Assembly (NCBI GenBank): GCA_051362555.1
Contig: CM120649.1
Location: 14,012,001 to 14,076,000, forward strand
DNA: 64,000 nt
From: Lingula anatina
Taxonomy: Eukaryota; Animalia; Brachiopoda
Direction: 5' to 3'
A program made the position numbers and the translations under genes. The stretch's first letter is position 1, and the number at the start of each line of letters is the position of its first letter. Positions 38,226 through 51,100 of the stretch are shown here, one piece after another. Under the pieces are notes generated by a model. That model did no database searches, was not told the origin of the DNA, and saw only the letters and a list, made by a program, of their open reading frames with translations.

Positions 38226-38622
38226 AAAGACCACATTCTAACATCCCCTTATGTGAAACTTTAAAATATAGAGTCTCAAGGAAGACAGATTTCAAGATGC
38301 AATGTACCCAGTATTGGCCTATCAGGCCTATTGCAAACTTCTATAAATGTATAACTTTTGGGTGCATGTTTTGATTCTTTGGCAGTTAAATTACTAGACA
38401 GAAATAAGATGGCATCTCGTGTGCAATATACAGCTTGCATTTAATATCCCAAATAGGGAATCGCGTTTAAGTAACACTTCTCTGTAAGAGTTGTCCTTGT
38501 CAGGACAATACAAGTGCAAGCAGGCCAAGCAGCTGTTGCTCATTGGAAAATAACATATGACATGCAAAAGCTTTGATATTATCAATTTCACCCCTTTTTA
38601 AATCGGTTTGTTTCCGAAAAGC
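38226..38622. repeat. Interspersed repeat present only in unit 2; diverged relative at ~52950-53200
   Basis: Absent at the equivalent unit-1 position (~25370). TTGGGTGCATGTTTT..TTTG..CAGT..AATTAC and GCAAAAGCTT.GA.AT are shared with 52951-53175. Confidence 0.55.
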
Positions 38623-38912
38623 TAGTGCTATGAAAATTGTTTCTGTCTAAAATTCCGCTGGCAAGGTTCTATTGAGAACTACTGTAAAAGTAACAGCTTC
38701 CCGTTTAACTCATATTTTAACTCAACATACCATCAGGCAGAACCTGTGTTAACAGGAAGACTTAAAAAGATACGATATCTTAAAATCTTAAATAAATCTG
38801 AGGAAAAAATACATTTCTAGGGAAACATTCTAAAGACCAGCTTTGATAGGTTGCTGCAGCTTAAAGGAACTGTTTATTGTTTTTACAAATTCATTTCAGG
38901 GTGATATTAAAG

Positions 38913-39703
38913 TTAGGTAGTCAGGCAGGTGGTGTGAAGCATAACATTGTTGTTGTTCGAAGACGGGAGTCCCCTCACTGTACCCTTCTCCGCATACTGG
39001 ATGATGTCATAGTTTAGAGTGTCAACGACACTTGTCGACGGTTCGCTGAAAAACCCAGCGCTGGCATAGGCCTGCAACAAACCCGCGGCTACACCGGCGA
39101 CGAGAGGGGACGCCATTGACGTCCCATCAAGTGCCACTGAACCGTGCGTGTTCGCGTAGGAGGCGCCCCTGATATTCTTCCCTGGAGCGTAAATATCAAC
39201 GCACGGTCCGATGTTACTAAACGGAGCCAAGTAATCATCTATCTGGGTGGCGCCAACAGTGAGGGCTCCGCTTACGCTTGCTGGGGATACATTACACGCA
39301 TTGGCCTTGCCGTCATTTCCAGCGGCAACTACCACTGGAATGCCTGCATCCAATACCGCGTACACGGCGTCATTGAGATAAGAGGAGTACCCACCACCCA
39401 GTGACATGTTAATGATAGACAGACGCTTGTTTTGTTGAACCCGTGACTTTATCCAGTTCAGTCCTGCCAGGATGTCCGAGGTTGGACACCTTGTCCGGGA
39501 GCACACCTTGACGGGAATAAGGTTCACCTGCTTGGCTGCTCCATAGGTCTCGCCGCCTAAGGTACTGGCCACATGGGTACCATGACCATGGGTGTCTCTG
39601 CTATCGGAGAAAGAACTCGCGTGCCATCCTGGAAAAACAACAAAGAACTCTGATGAGAACCGTCTTCTTTCTGATTCTTGTCTTGTGCCAGGTCATCCTC
39701 TCC

Positions 39704-39736
<33 letters not shown>

Positions 39737-41936
39737 CTCTCTTGTAATTACAGTTTAATGTCACTTACCTGATGACACTCTTCCTCCGAAGTCAACGTGA
39801 TCAGGATTTATTCCAGTGTCCATGACGTATGCGTCTATACCAGAGCCGACCGCCCAGGTGGTAAAACTGTCATCATCCCTTTCGTCGTCTATTCGGTCTA
39901 AATTCTGCATCAAAAAGGAAGGAAGCCGTATTTAGAAAAAGTTCATTTTCTACTTCCGTAAGTTAAGGCGGCTGTTTTCTCGCCGTTGGTTTGTCTTTTT
40001 GTTTGTTTGCTTTTGGATAAAAAATCTTAAAAACATGACTTAAGAGTTACGTGGGAGTTAAAGAAGTGATGACAATTTCCAGTTTATCCGGACCTCCGAT
40101 CTCCTAATAATACTATGTAAAGGCAGCTTTTCAGTAATGATATTTTGTCCTAGACGGGAGCCGGCAGTCTTTTTTTATATCTTTTATTAAGACACATTTA
40201 CCATACGAAAAATGACTCATAATCATTGACACTCGCTCAGGAACATACATATTTGTGTACAACCTCAAACATACACATGCACGCACATAACATTTACCCA
40301 TGTGTGAGATGCTGGAAAAGGTCCTGCACAATAAGATCCATCAATCGACATTGCTTTATCTTGTTCGATTTCCGCAATGACGTCAGTAAGCTGGCGAAGC
40401 TGTTGAAGATCACTATTAAAAATCAGAAGTACTTGCAACAGTAACAACTGACAAAAATCCGAACAAACTATGCATATCTGAAAAAAATTGTGTGGGATTT
40501 TTTCCCATAACAAACTTATCAGAGAATTGTAAGATATCATATCTATAAAATGATGTTGGATTAAAAAAGATTACCCCAAAGCGTTATGAAAATCACAAAA
40601 AAAAAAAAAAATGAAGACCAAATTTCAAACTATGATGATTACGTTAAAAAATAACGGTCATTAAAATCAAAACTATTTTTTTAAAATCAAAAGGACATCC
40701 GTTGAAAAATAAAATACCTTTCTTTTATACCCTTAAGTATGGCGTATCTGCTTGTTCTAGTGAACTTTATGAACTTTGCTTTTTGATAAGAACCACTTCC
40801 TTTCAGGATGCTACGAACTGTAAGAGATGTAAAATTGTAACTATATAATGTATGCGTATGATAAATATTGCTTTTGAAATGAACGTTCAGCAGGCGTTTT
40901 TATTTTCATGACACTTCTAGACCTCCCTGTTGGGAAAATAATCATATACATGTACATGCTTGTACTTAATCTATACTAACTGTGTCTTTGGCATATTGAC
41001 CATTCCACCAATAGTATATTATAGTTACTTGTAAGTACGGGAATTAAAGTTTTAAATTCTAAATTGAATAAATGCAGAATCATTTTTATTTATTTTTTAA
41101 TGAAATAATTTTTAAACAATTCCATTGGCTGGTGCACCTACTTTTTCCATACTCTCCTTCTGGCAAAAGATGGGCAATATACTGGTCAGGAACAGCCGTA
41201 CCATCTGTGGCGGTTATCAGCGGCACTAAAATGCAAGGTGGTAATTTAAATAAGTGATAAATGGATTATAAATGAATAATGACGTACGAGACTTATGACT
41301 TCCAAATATGGTGGCGCCTCAGGCAAAATTTTGCCGAAGAACCCTCCAGGTTGACGCTAGTAACTAGAGTTTCGTATTGCTGATATGGGTTATATATGAA
41401 ATCAAGATCGAGCTGGCAATACGGAAATCTAGATCCTAGGGTAGCGACACTAGATACGCAACATAACTGAAAAAAGGCGATACTCAATAATGTATGTGAT
41501 TTTAATAGGTCGCATACCAGATCTTTTAAATGCAAGGTAAGGATACAATTAAAACTTTGTTGGTGGTACAAAATAATGAAAATCACAATATGCCCTGCAG
41601 TTTATAAATGGAAATGTCTGAAGCAATATGAATATTCATGCTTCATGTAAAGAAAGAAAGAAAAAAGAAATGGAACAAACCCTTATTTCAAATATCAACA
41701 TTATTAACATTACCTAAGCCCTCTTCCTCGGAAATATCTATCAGTCCTTTTGCCTTCATCATCCTTCTCATTTCTGCGGGGTTTTCCCTCTTCAAGTTCT
41801 GTAGTCTTTGGTTCTCAGGAATTTTGTCCATCTTTAACTCCAGCACGGATGGTTTCTTCTCTGGCCCATTGGCATACGCCAGCTCTAACGCTACAAGCGT
41901 AAAAAACACGAAGGCGAGAAACGCAGGCAATTTCAT
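38913..41936 (-). CDS. Secreted S8A proteinase-K/aqualysin-type subtilase, copy 2 (457 aa)
   Basis: Exons 41936-41714, 41225-41142, 40817-40718, 40412-40298, 39904-39769 and 39628-38913 total 1374 nt with an open frame. Same catalytic motifs as copy 1. In-frame +21 nt (exon 1) and +9 nt (exon 3). Confidence 0.95.
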
Positions 41937-44900
41937 GATTGCGGTTTTTCACCCAAATTTGCCGTTTCACCTTTGTCAGCTTTGAGGAATGTATTCAACC
42001 TGCTCAAAGCACGGTTCGTTGATCTGTTCTTTCACCAAGTACGAGATTCGGCCGAATCCGTCTACGCCAAAGCTTAGGAATCAGTCACTTTTGTACACAT
42101 TCCAAAGTCACCTTGATAAATAAAACACGAACACACGTGTGGTTTCATTACATAAAATGGAGGGAGGCAGGACCTTAAATATGATATCACTTGTTACAGC
42201 CGAGCATGTGTTGAATATTCGTAAAAGCAGAGAAGATTTTGGTACCAAAATGTACTCGCACTCAATAACAATAATAATAAGTGAATGTTTTATGTCGACT
42301 AAGAGAATCAGGAATAGATATCAATCGAATCCAGGAACTTACGTGGTAAGATGTAAACGACATTGCAGTCTAACCCTGACCTAGATTGACCGGTCACCTG
42401 ATTTATTGATAAACTAATGAACTCCAAAACTCGGCGATTGTCCTTCACACATAGATACTGATTACCCAATATATCAGAAGGATTTCACCATTCCTGACCA
42501 GGAGAAGAACTTGGGCAAAGTTGGCTTCAAAGAAAGCTATTTAGGAGAAGGTGGAAAATAATACACTGAGGTCAAAGGTTTGACCTCTCAAACATTTGGG
42601 GTGGAGCCCCTGACTTCCACTTTAATTTAATTGTACTGAATTTTGGTGTAACAATTTCCGTTATCGAATTAATTAATGTATGGGCTCCGACATGACTCCA
42701 GATCAGACTCGGTCTTCCACTTAACGTGCACAGTGCACAGAGAAGCATAGTAGAACAACCTCAAATCTTCAGTTCTAAATCTAAAGTGTATAGATAATAT
42801 GTACAAGAATTCAGATTTTATACACATTATCTACAGGGGAATCTTTGATTGCCAGTGGCTGCTACTTATTTATATGCTTATCAGTGTGCAATATTAACAG
42901 GTGATGCATCTGTCTCAGGCATATGTATAGGCCCCTACAAATAATAACATGTTGACTAACTCTGATTACACAATGTGGAATTTGTGCAGGATTCCACGCC
43001 CCGGAGAATATACCTTCAGTAAATAAGTCCATATAGGGAAAATAAAAAAAAAATGTTTTAGATCGACTTACAAGATCTATTACATAATTATCATTATTCT
43101 TAATATATTTTATCCAAACTTTTCACGTTTCATAATCTTAAACGTCATGGAAAGCCTTGTTGAAAGCATTCCTTTTTTATGCAAGTGAAAGCCTAGCTTT
43201 TGACTTGAATTTAACCTTGATCTTGATTTTTATGATCCCATACAATCAGTGAGTATATGTAGGCTAGACAGTTAATATAGGCACCAAAAGAAGATTTCTT
43301 TTCAAAAATTACATTAAATATTTATATTTATCTAAAAAAAATCCCATAAATAGGCGGCCATGTTGTTTTTTGGGACGGGTTCTGGGACGGAGTACAAGGT
43401 TGATATGCATAAGTATGACAGAGAGTCATCACATGCATAATTTGGTGTTTTATTCACCGTGTCACGATTTGATAATTGATTCACGCTGGTCTGCAGCTTG
43501 TTTTAAAAAATTGATACCGCTGATAGCCTCGCATGGAGACACCTTGGAGACACGCTTTGGACTTCGAATTTAACCTTGTTCTTGATTTTTGTGATCCCAA
43601 ACAGTCAGTGAGTATATGTAGGCTAGGCAGTTAACAGAGGCACCAAAATAAGATTTCTTTTTCAAAAACTACATTAAATATGTATATCTATTTTTTTAAT
43701 CCCATAAATAGGCGGCCATCTTGTTTTTGGGAGGGATTCTGGGACGAACTACAAGACTGATATGCATAAGTATGACAGAAAGTCATCACATGCATAATTT
43801 GTTGCTTTATTCACCGTGTCACGATTTGACCTTTATTTCACGCTGGTCAGCAGCTTGTTTTAAATTACTGATACCGCTAATGCCAAGCATGGAAAAACCA
43901 CGAAGCCACGCGATTGATCAATTTCCTAGAATGTCCTTTTTGGAATATGCGTTTGTTTCATTAAGTATTCACCGGAGGAATCTGCTGAAGTTGTACTGAT
44001 AAAAGTAAATCAATGGTGTATATAAGTAAATCAGTACGACACTAGTTATGAAGTATGGCCACTTTGCCCATTGATTATGTTTACGAAATGTGGGCAATCA
44101 AATTAATGCTACTTAAGTTCATCGTGTTAACTGCAGTCGTTTTCTACTACTTTCATAGAATAACAGAGAAGGTTTGCAAGAGCTATAATGATCGTTCTCT
44201 CGTGGGATATCCATACTAAATGCTTAATGCTATAGTTGATAATAACTTAAAGACAAACCATTTAGAGTGAATTAAAAGTATTTCACTAATGGCACCTTGT
44301 AAGAAATTTAGAAAAAAAATGGCACATGTTTTATATCCACTTGCAAGATTTATTAATATTACAGAGTTAGCCTGAGTGATTTAAATTTCGGGAATTCGTG
44401 AGAAGTTTTCAATTATCCGGCATGAATCACAAAAATAAACAGGTCAACTTTAACCTTAACTTACTTTCCATGAGTACCCGATAGCTGACCGGCTAGTTTC
44501 TTTGGTGGTTAATACATTGAAAGATAGAATGACAGTTTTTGCAATTCGCGGAATTTTTCCCAGACGTTTTACGCTATGTTAAATATTGACAAACGCTACA
44601 TTAAATTGACGCTTTTTATCATTTTATTTACGGCTGATGAGAAATATATACATGTATATAATGATAATTGATACACGTACATCACATGTCGCTATGAGGT
44701 AACTAACAGTAAAGCTGTTGGTATTAGTACAATAACACTTTTTGTAGTTGTGGCTACTCATAAATTTGTATTGTTTATGTCAGAAGTCGCAGATGATAAA
44801 AAATGGAGCTACTCATTTAAAATTCTGAAACTTAAAAATACTTAAATATACATCTGTCAAAACAAGATGGCTGCTTAAAGTTACACAAAAAACCAGTTAT

Positions 44901-45136
44901 TATGCTAAACTTGATATTAATGAAATTTCAAATGAAAATACTTTATCTCTTGTCATTAATTTTTCAGATATATCTTGAATTGGCATGATTGCTTGCAAAC
45001 AAGAGAGTCGTTTACAAAATTGGCATTACGCACTGTAAGTCACAGGCCAACAAAAATGTCAATAGAACTATAAAAACATACAGTTTTAAAACGTCATACG
45101 GCGTTGATCACCAAAAAAAAAAAATTACGTAAAAGC

Positions 45137-48100
45137 TCAAAAGACCTCTTCATTCAGCACATCCAGCTGTGTCTCACTGCTACTCTCGCTTCCACTTTCA
45201 AGTATTTCATCCACTATCAGGTTCTCCAGAGAACGTTGGTGCTTGTCTGACTTCCGGCGGATACTGCCTTTCATGGACAGTCTACTGGAGCTGACACTGG
45301 ACCCGCCGGATTTACGGCTATTCACACTACTCTTCTTGGACAGTTTAGTCGAATCCAGTATGTTTGATAACTGGGAGAGAGTTTTCTTCAAGCTTCTTTT
45401 TCTTGTGAAGCGTGGCTCTTGGGCGTAATCCTCCTCCACTTCTTCGTATATCCCCTCAGTCTCTTCATGCTCCCTTGTTTCCAACATTTCCCTCTTTTCT
45501 AACGTGCTGTCATGGACTGGGCCGCTTCTTCCTTCCTCTGATATCGGCTCCACGAGGTTTTCAAGTTCTAAGAAGTCGCAGTCTTGGCTCATCATGGCTT
45601 CCAATTCAAGCCGGATGCTGGTAAAACTGGGTCTCTTCTCGGGGAGTTTGTGCCAGCACTGCAGCATCAGAATATACCTGAAATGACATTACAGAATGTA
45701 TTTAGAATGGAGTGTAGCAGAATGTAGTTGAGCAGTTCGTCGGTATGGAAACGAATTAATGGTGATTGAATAAGTTAATACCAGAATTATACGCAGATAA
45801 CGCAAGAAACCATATCAATTAATAAAACTGAGAACGACTTTTAGATTTTTGACGCAATAAAATGCATATGCAATAAGCTCCTACACCTTCAAAATGGTAA
45901 GTTTCATTTAAATGTCACATCAAGATTTCACCAGCATCTCACGAATGAATTTAACGGTAAGTATAATGGTTGTAAAGGGATTCACAAATGTGCACTCAAG
46001 AAAAAATTTGTTTTTGGTAAATTCTTTCCACATTGGGAAAATTCAAAACGCACCGTAAGACCGGTGAGATAATTTAAATTCTGAAATTATTCTCGTAGAT
46101 TAAAGAAGGGTGTAGAATAAAAGTGGTACTTACAGTTCCGTAGAGCAGTTCTTGGGGCTCTTGAGTCTTGTTCCCTGGTCCAGTTTGGTGGCTAGCTCTG
46201 TTACAGCAATGTCTGGATAGGGGGTTGCACCTGCAGTGGAAAGAAGTGCATACATTTATTAAATAATACAAATTTTCGATTCTTTTAGTTTGAATTTATA
46301 TTTGCTGCACTGAATGACTTAATTAAGCTCATTACTACCGATCACTATTTTTTTTAATCATAAAACAAGGCACTGTGAAAAAATGGGATTATATTTTTAC
46401 TTAAGATGATTTTCGTAGGATATGCATTTAGAATTTCTGGTTAAAATAACATATTTTGCGATCAAACTGAATCATAATTAATATATATCAACTTACCAAA
46501 TGTGACGATCTCCCAAAGGAGGATTCCAAATGACCACACGTCGCTCTGCACAGTATGCGTGCGGTCCCTCAAGCTTTCGGGGGACATCCACTTCCTTGCA
46601 GGGTCATTACTGTGCTCCAGGTCATTGTTGGCATCCCTCGACAGTCCAAAGTTGCTGAGCTTGACCACTTTATCTGCTCCCACCAGGACGTTACGGGCAG
46701 CCAGGTCACGGTGAACAAATCCTTTGCTGGACAGATATTCCTAAAATAAATTGTAGAGATAAGTGTATGCAATACCCGATTACATGAAAAAAAACCATCG
46801 TGCCTATTAACGTGTTTTGAACGGTAAATCAAATGTAGGCTACCTTAACAACGACTTCCAAAACTTTTTATGTCCTTAGTAGAGTATTACACGAAATTAA
46901 GAGGATTTTACAGGGGTATTTATAAGACTTCCAAATCAAAAAGAATATCATGTTCATTAAGCTACACTTATATGATACTTACCATAGCCAGAGCAATCTG
47001 ATGTGCAAATGAGAGCAGCTGCTTGGCAGTGAGCGTGTCTTGTTCAATGCTGCCATCTTCATTCACCATTGGGTATTCAATGACTTTATGTTTGGGGCCT
47101 TCCATTCTAAGCTGACCTTCAAAACGACAGCATCTAGAAATGAAGAAAATAAGATTAGTTGATATCAATTCAACGGATGTTTCATCTTCATAATGGCGAT
47201 ATAATGAACTGTTAACATTGCAATCATTATTATTATTTTTTTAATTTACTAAATGTCACCTCTTTGAACATTTTTTTAATTTACCAAATGTCACCACTTT
47301 GAACAATTTGAATTTCCAAATTTCCAATTTTTAATTTTACTTTAGTTAAAATTCATAATATTATCTTTTATTTTCTAAAAGCATCAAGAAAAACGGTTTT
47401 CAAGAGATATATATTATACCTTAGAAAATGTTGTAGGTTTCCATGAGGCATATACTCCATTACCAAGGCCACTGGTTCTCTCAGTGTACAGGTCCCGATC
47501 ATAGAGACGATGTTGGGATGGTTACCTATCTTCTTCATCAGGCAGACCTTTGCAAGTAGGTCTGCTTTGTAGGAAGACGGGACATTACCTACAATAACAA
47601 AATATATATAATTAGTATTTAATGCATAATTGATAACGAGATGACGTTTTAATACTCCTTTTTGTTGATGATTGAATGTTATATCTTTTATAAACTAAAA
47701 ACAATATTCTTTTTAAAACTAAAACAATGAACAGTTTAAGTAGAAAGTACATTTAATCTGGAATAATATCAGTGTGAAATAACATATAAATATTTCGAGT
47801 AGATAACGGTTATACATAAAAACAAGTTAATTAAGCTTGAATACTTACTTTTCGCCATTTTGATGGCAACTTTCTTGCCGTCACATGACCCAACGAGCAC
47901 CTTGCCAAATGTCCCTTGTCCCAACTGGTGACCAAAGGTCAGACACATGGGGTCAAGTTCCCATTTGTCCTGCACTGAAACCAGCTGGTCATCAGAATAC
48001 AAGCCTGGGCCTGAAATAGGGGAAAACAGTTGTTTAAACGTGCGTGTTACTTGGATTATTTGGAATTCTAATAGGTTTTGGGTAATATTTACTAAAAAAA

Positions 48101-51100
48101 AGTACATACTGAAAATAAATATATGTAGTAAAAGTCAGAAGGCCAATATACTGATACCGCTGTTCATCATTTGTAGGAATTTTAAATAGTAAAATTATAC
48201 TGAAACGAAATTTCATCATTAGCCTATAAGTAATTATAAACAATACAAATGTAGGTTACGTTACAATACAAATGTTACCTACCGTTGTTAATGTTTTTGC
48301 CCATAGCACTGGCTCTTCTCTCGATGACCCTTGTACGTTTCCAGTGACATCTAATGCAAATGATGACGTTGACGATGACCACTACAACACTGACCGCCAC
48401 GCATATAACGACGATCACGTGACTGGGTTTGGTTTCCTCTGTACTGATGTGGTCAGCTAAAATTGAAAAAGTAATATTGGTACTTTGATGTGCACCCTGC
48501 ACGAAGAAGATCCAGTATCATTTCAAATTATGTCCTTTTACATGTAATTCAACTTAGGCAGTTGGAGTTAACATCATGTCCATAATTCTGGAAAAAATTT
48601 GTGTTGGACATACAAAACTTCTACTTTAAAGATAAATTATATTTCTGTATCCACTGCTACACTTACCATTATAATCTTCCTCCTCCTCCTCCTCAGAATG
48701 GCGACACACGGTGAAGGTAGAATCGGTAATGTCACACTCGGGGGTGTAAAAGGAAATCCTTGGGGAAAACGATCCGGTTGATGTGCGTTCAATTTGCAAC
48801 CAGTACTTCGAATTAAATGTCCATTCTGCTATCAGCCTGAACTCAGCGAGCTGGAGACAAAAAATATATATGTATTACTTTGAAATAAAATAAATGGTGC
48901 AGAAAATTTTATTGCCTAAAAATACGAATGTGAATTTTTGCTTTACAACAGACATGTCGCGCCATACAAGGATAACTTGATCAAAGCGTAATATCCAAAC
49001 AGTGAGGGCCAACTTATAACTACAGAATTTCTTCTATCATAACTAAATCTGGTTTTTAAAAAGTAAAATAGTCCCTTTTCTGAAAACTGTAAAAACTTAC
49101 CCCTTCCATAACATCAGTAACATGTGTGGCATAGTAGTCAGATGCAGACGTGGCAGTGCAACCATTGCAGCTCTCCAGGCCCCAGAAGATACTGTAGTCA
49201 GTGGGTTCTGCAGACATCTGCTGCCAGTGGACAAAAACATAGATGGTGCTGCCGTTTCGCCCTGCTGTCACGGAGATGTTAATTGGATCAACAAGTGCTG
49301 CAGGGACACTTGGAGTGACAGTTGGTGCTGTCGGGGTTCTTGGGTGACCAGCTGTTGGTGCTGCGGTGCTTGGATGACCAGTTTGTGCTATGGAACTTGA
49401 CTGACCAGTTGGTGCTAAAGTGGTACTTGGGAGGTCGGTTTGCTTGGCTGTAGTACTTGGAGCGCTTGATGGTGCTGATGTGGTACTTGGAGGTCCGGTT
49501 GGTGCTGACGTGGTAGGTAAAGGGTCAGCAGAGGTAAAGGTGGTACTTGAAGGAGCATCCTGAACACTGGGTAGACTTGGAAGTGCTGCAAATATAATTT
49601 GATTGTTTTTAACAAATATATAAATAGAGACATCATTTCGTTACATTGATATTCAATTTAGCTTTACATCAATATTAAGATTAATTCAATTTAAATAAAT
49701 AAAATGGTGTTTGGTAAAATGACGACTTACAACAGTTTCTGTATTTTACTAGATTGCATGCGTAAGAAACGCGCATGGGAATGTAGTTCAAATAAAGTCA
49801 TGGACAATATGCATCTAACAGAGGTCAGAAATAATACTAGTGTGAATTTTCCTCGGGACTAGCACTCACCATGTAATTGCCTGATATCAAGAATCTCCGT
49901 TTCTGAAATAGCCACAATTCCATTTTCACTGATAACCAAGAGCTGGAACTGAAACTTGAAATATGGAAACCAATCCATCTCGTACTCTACCCACGTGTCT
50001 GCAGTCTGGAATAAAAAATAGTAAAATGTATTATTAACAGTATTATTTGAAGTATCCGTTATGTAGCGCAAAAATAATAACAAGGTCAGGAATCTCAAAT
50101 TATGAAGTATATTGAACGGTCAGTCACTTTTTGGAACTTTTTCGTCAGATTGTCTGTGACCGCTTTAAGTGATGTTAATTCTAAGCCTTCTCTGTAAAGC
50201 ACAATAAATCATTAATAATTCTGTAGCTATGTTTTCTGTAAATTATTCTGTTTTCTATGTTTTCCATATTGAGATATAATCTCACTTACCTGAATATCTG
50301 TATACCAATCATCAAATTGGTGACCTGCATCTCGGCTATTTAGGATATAGATGAGATGGCCAGATGTTTGTCCCAAATTAGGTGGCATCCATTCCAAACG
50401 TAGAGTTCCTTTATTATAGGTGACTTGAACAGGTTTCATAAGCTCGTGGAGGGTAGTCACTGCGTCGGCTAAAATGCAAAGAAAGTACTTTCTTGAGTTA
50501 AAGGAGCGCCATGAAACTGTAGAATATTAAGTGTCGTTTCTCACTTAAAAATCAATAAAAAATGTGAATTATCAAGTAGAGAAAATTCAAAGCTATTTTG
50601 AATTAAAGAATTTTAATTTAAATTTAAAAAAAAATAAAATACTCCTGACCATTAAAAAGTCTTCCCCTTGGTAATATTGATCTAAATGATTAAAACCGGT
50701 TAATAAAAAGTATAATTATTTCCAAAAAAAGTATTTTAATATTAGGCGTATTTTACCTGCTGAGTGATTTTCCCAGAATGCACAGGAACTTTTACAACCC
50801 GGAAACTGGAAAGAAAAATATTAAGTAAGTCCATAGCCCTAATAAAACAATATAATTGTATAACAGTAGTCTTGAGTTACTTTTTAACTAAAGCGTGTAT
50901 GAGTCTGAAGATAACGATTTGTTATTCAGTGAAGAACGTCGTCGTCACTGCTAGCAGCAATAAATTAAAATAGGAACGATTTTAAAGCGTCAAGACATTT
51001 CAAGGCATTTCAAATAACTACAAGCCGCATTAGTACTTACACATATATGGGGTGTATTGCACAAGGAATCCCAGGTGTGAGGTTCCCACTGCAGATATTC

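Larger units (their letters stand above)
36981..44460. repeat. Tandem segmental duplication, unit 2 (~7.5 kb)
   Basis: Starts AAAAATGTAAGAACTTAATAAATAAGCTGCTGA and ends ...AATCACAAAAATAAACAGGTCAACTT (~44450). It lacks the unit-1 segment ~24556-25055 and the TTAA insertion, and has extra segments at ~38226-38622 and ~41270-41440. Confidence 0.9.
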
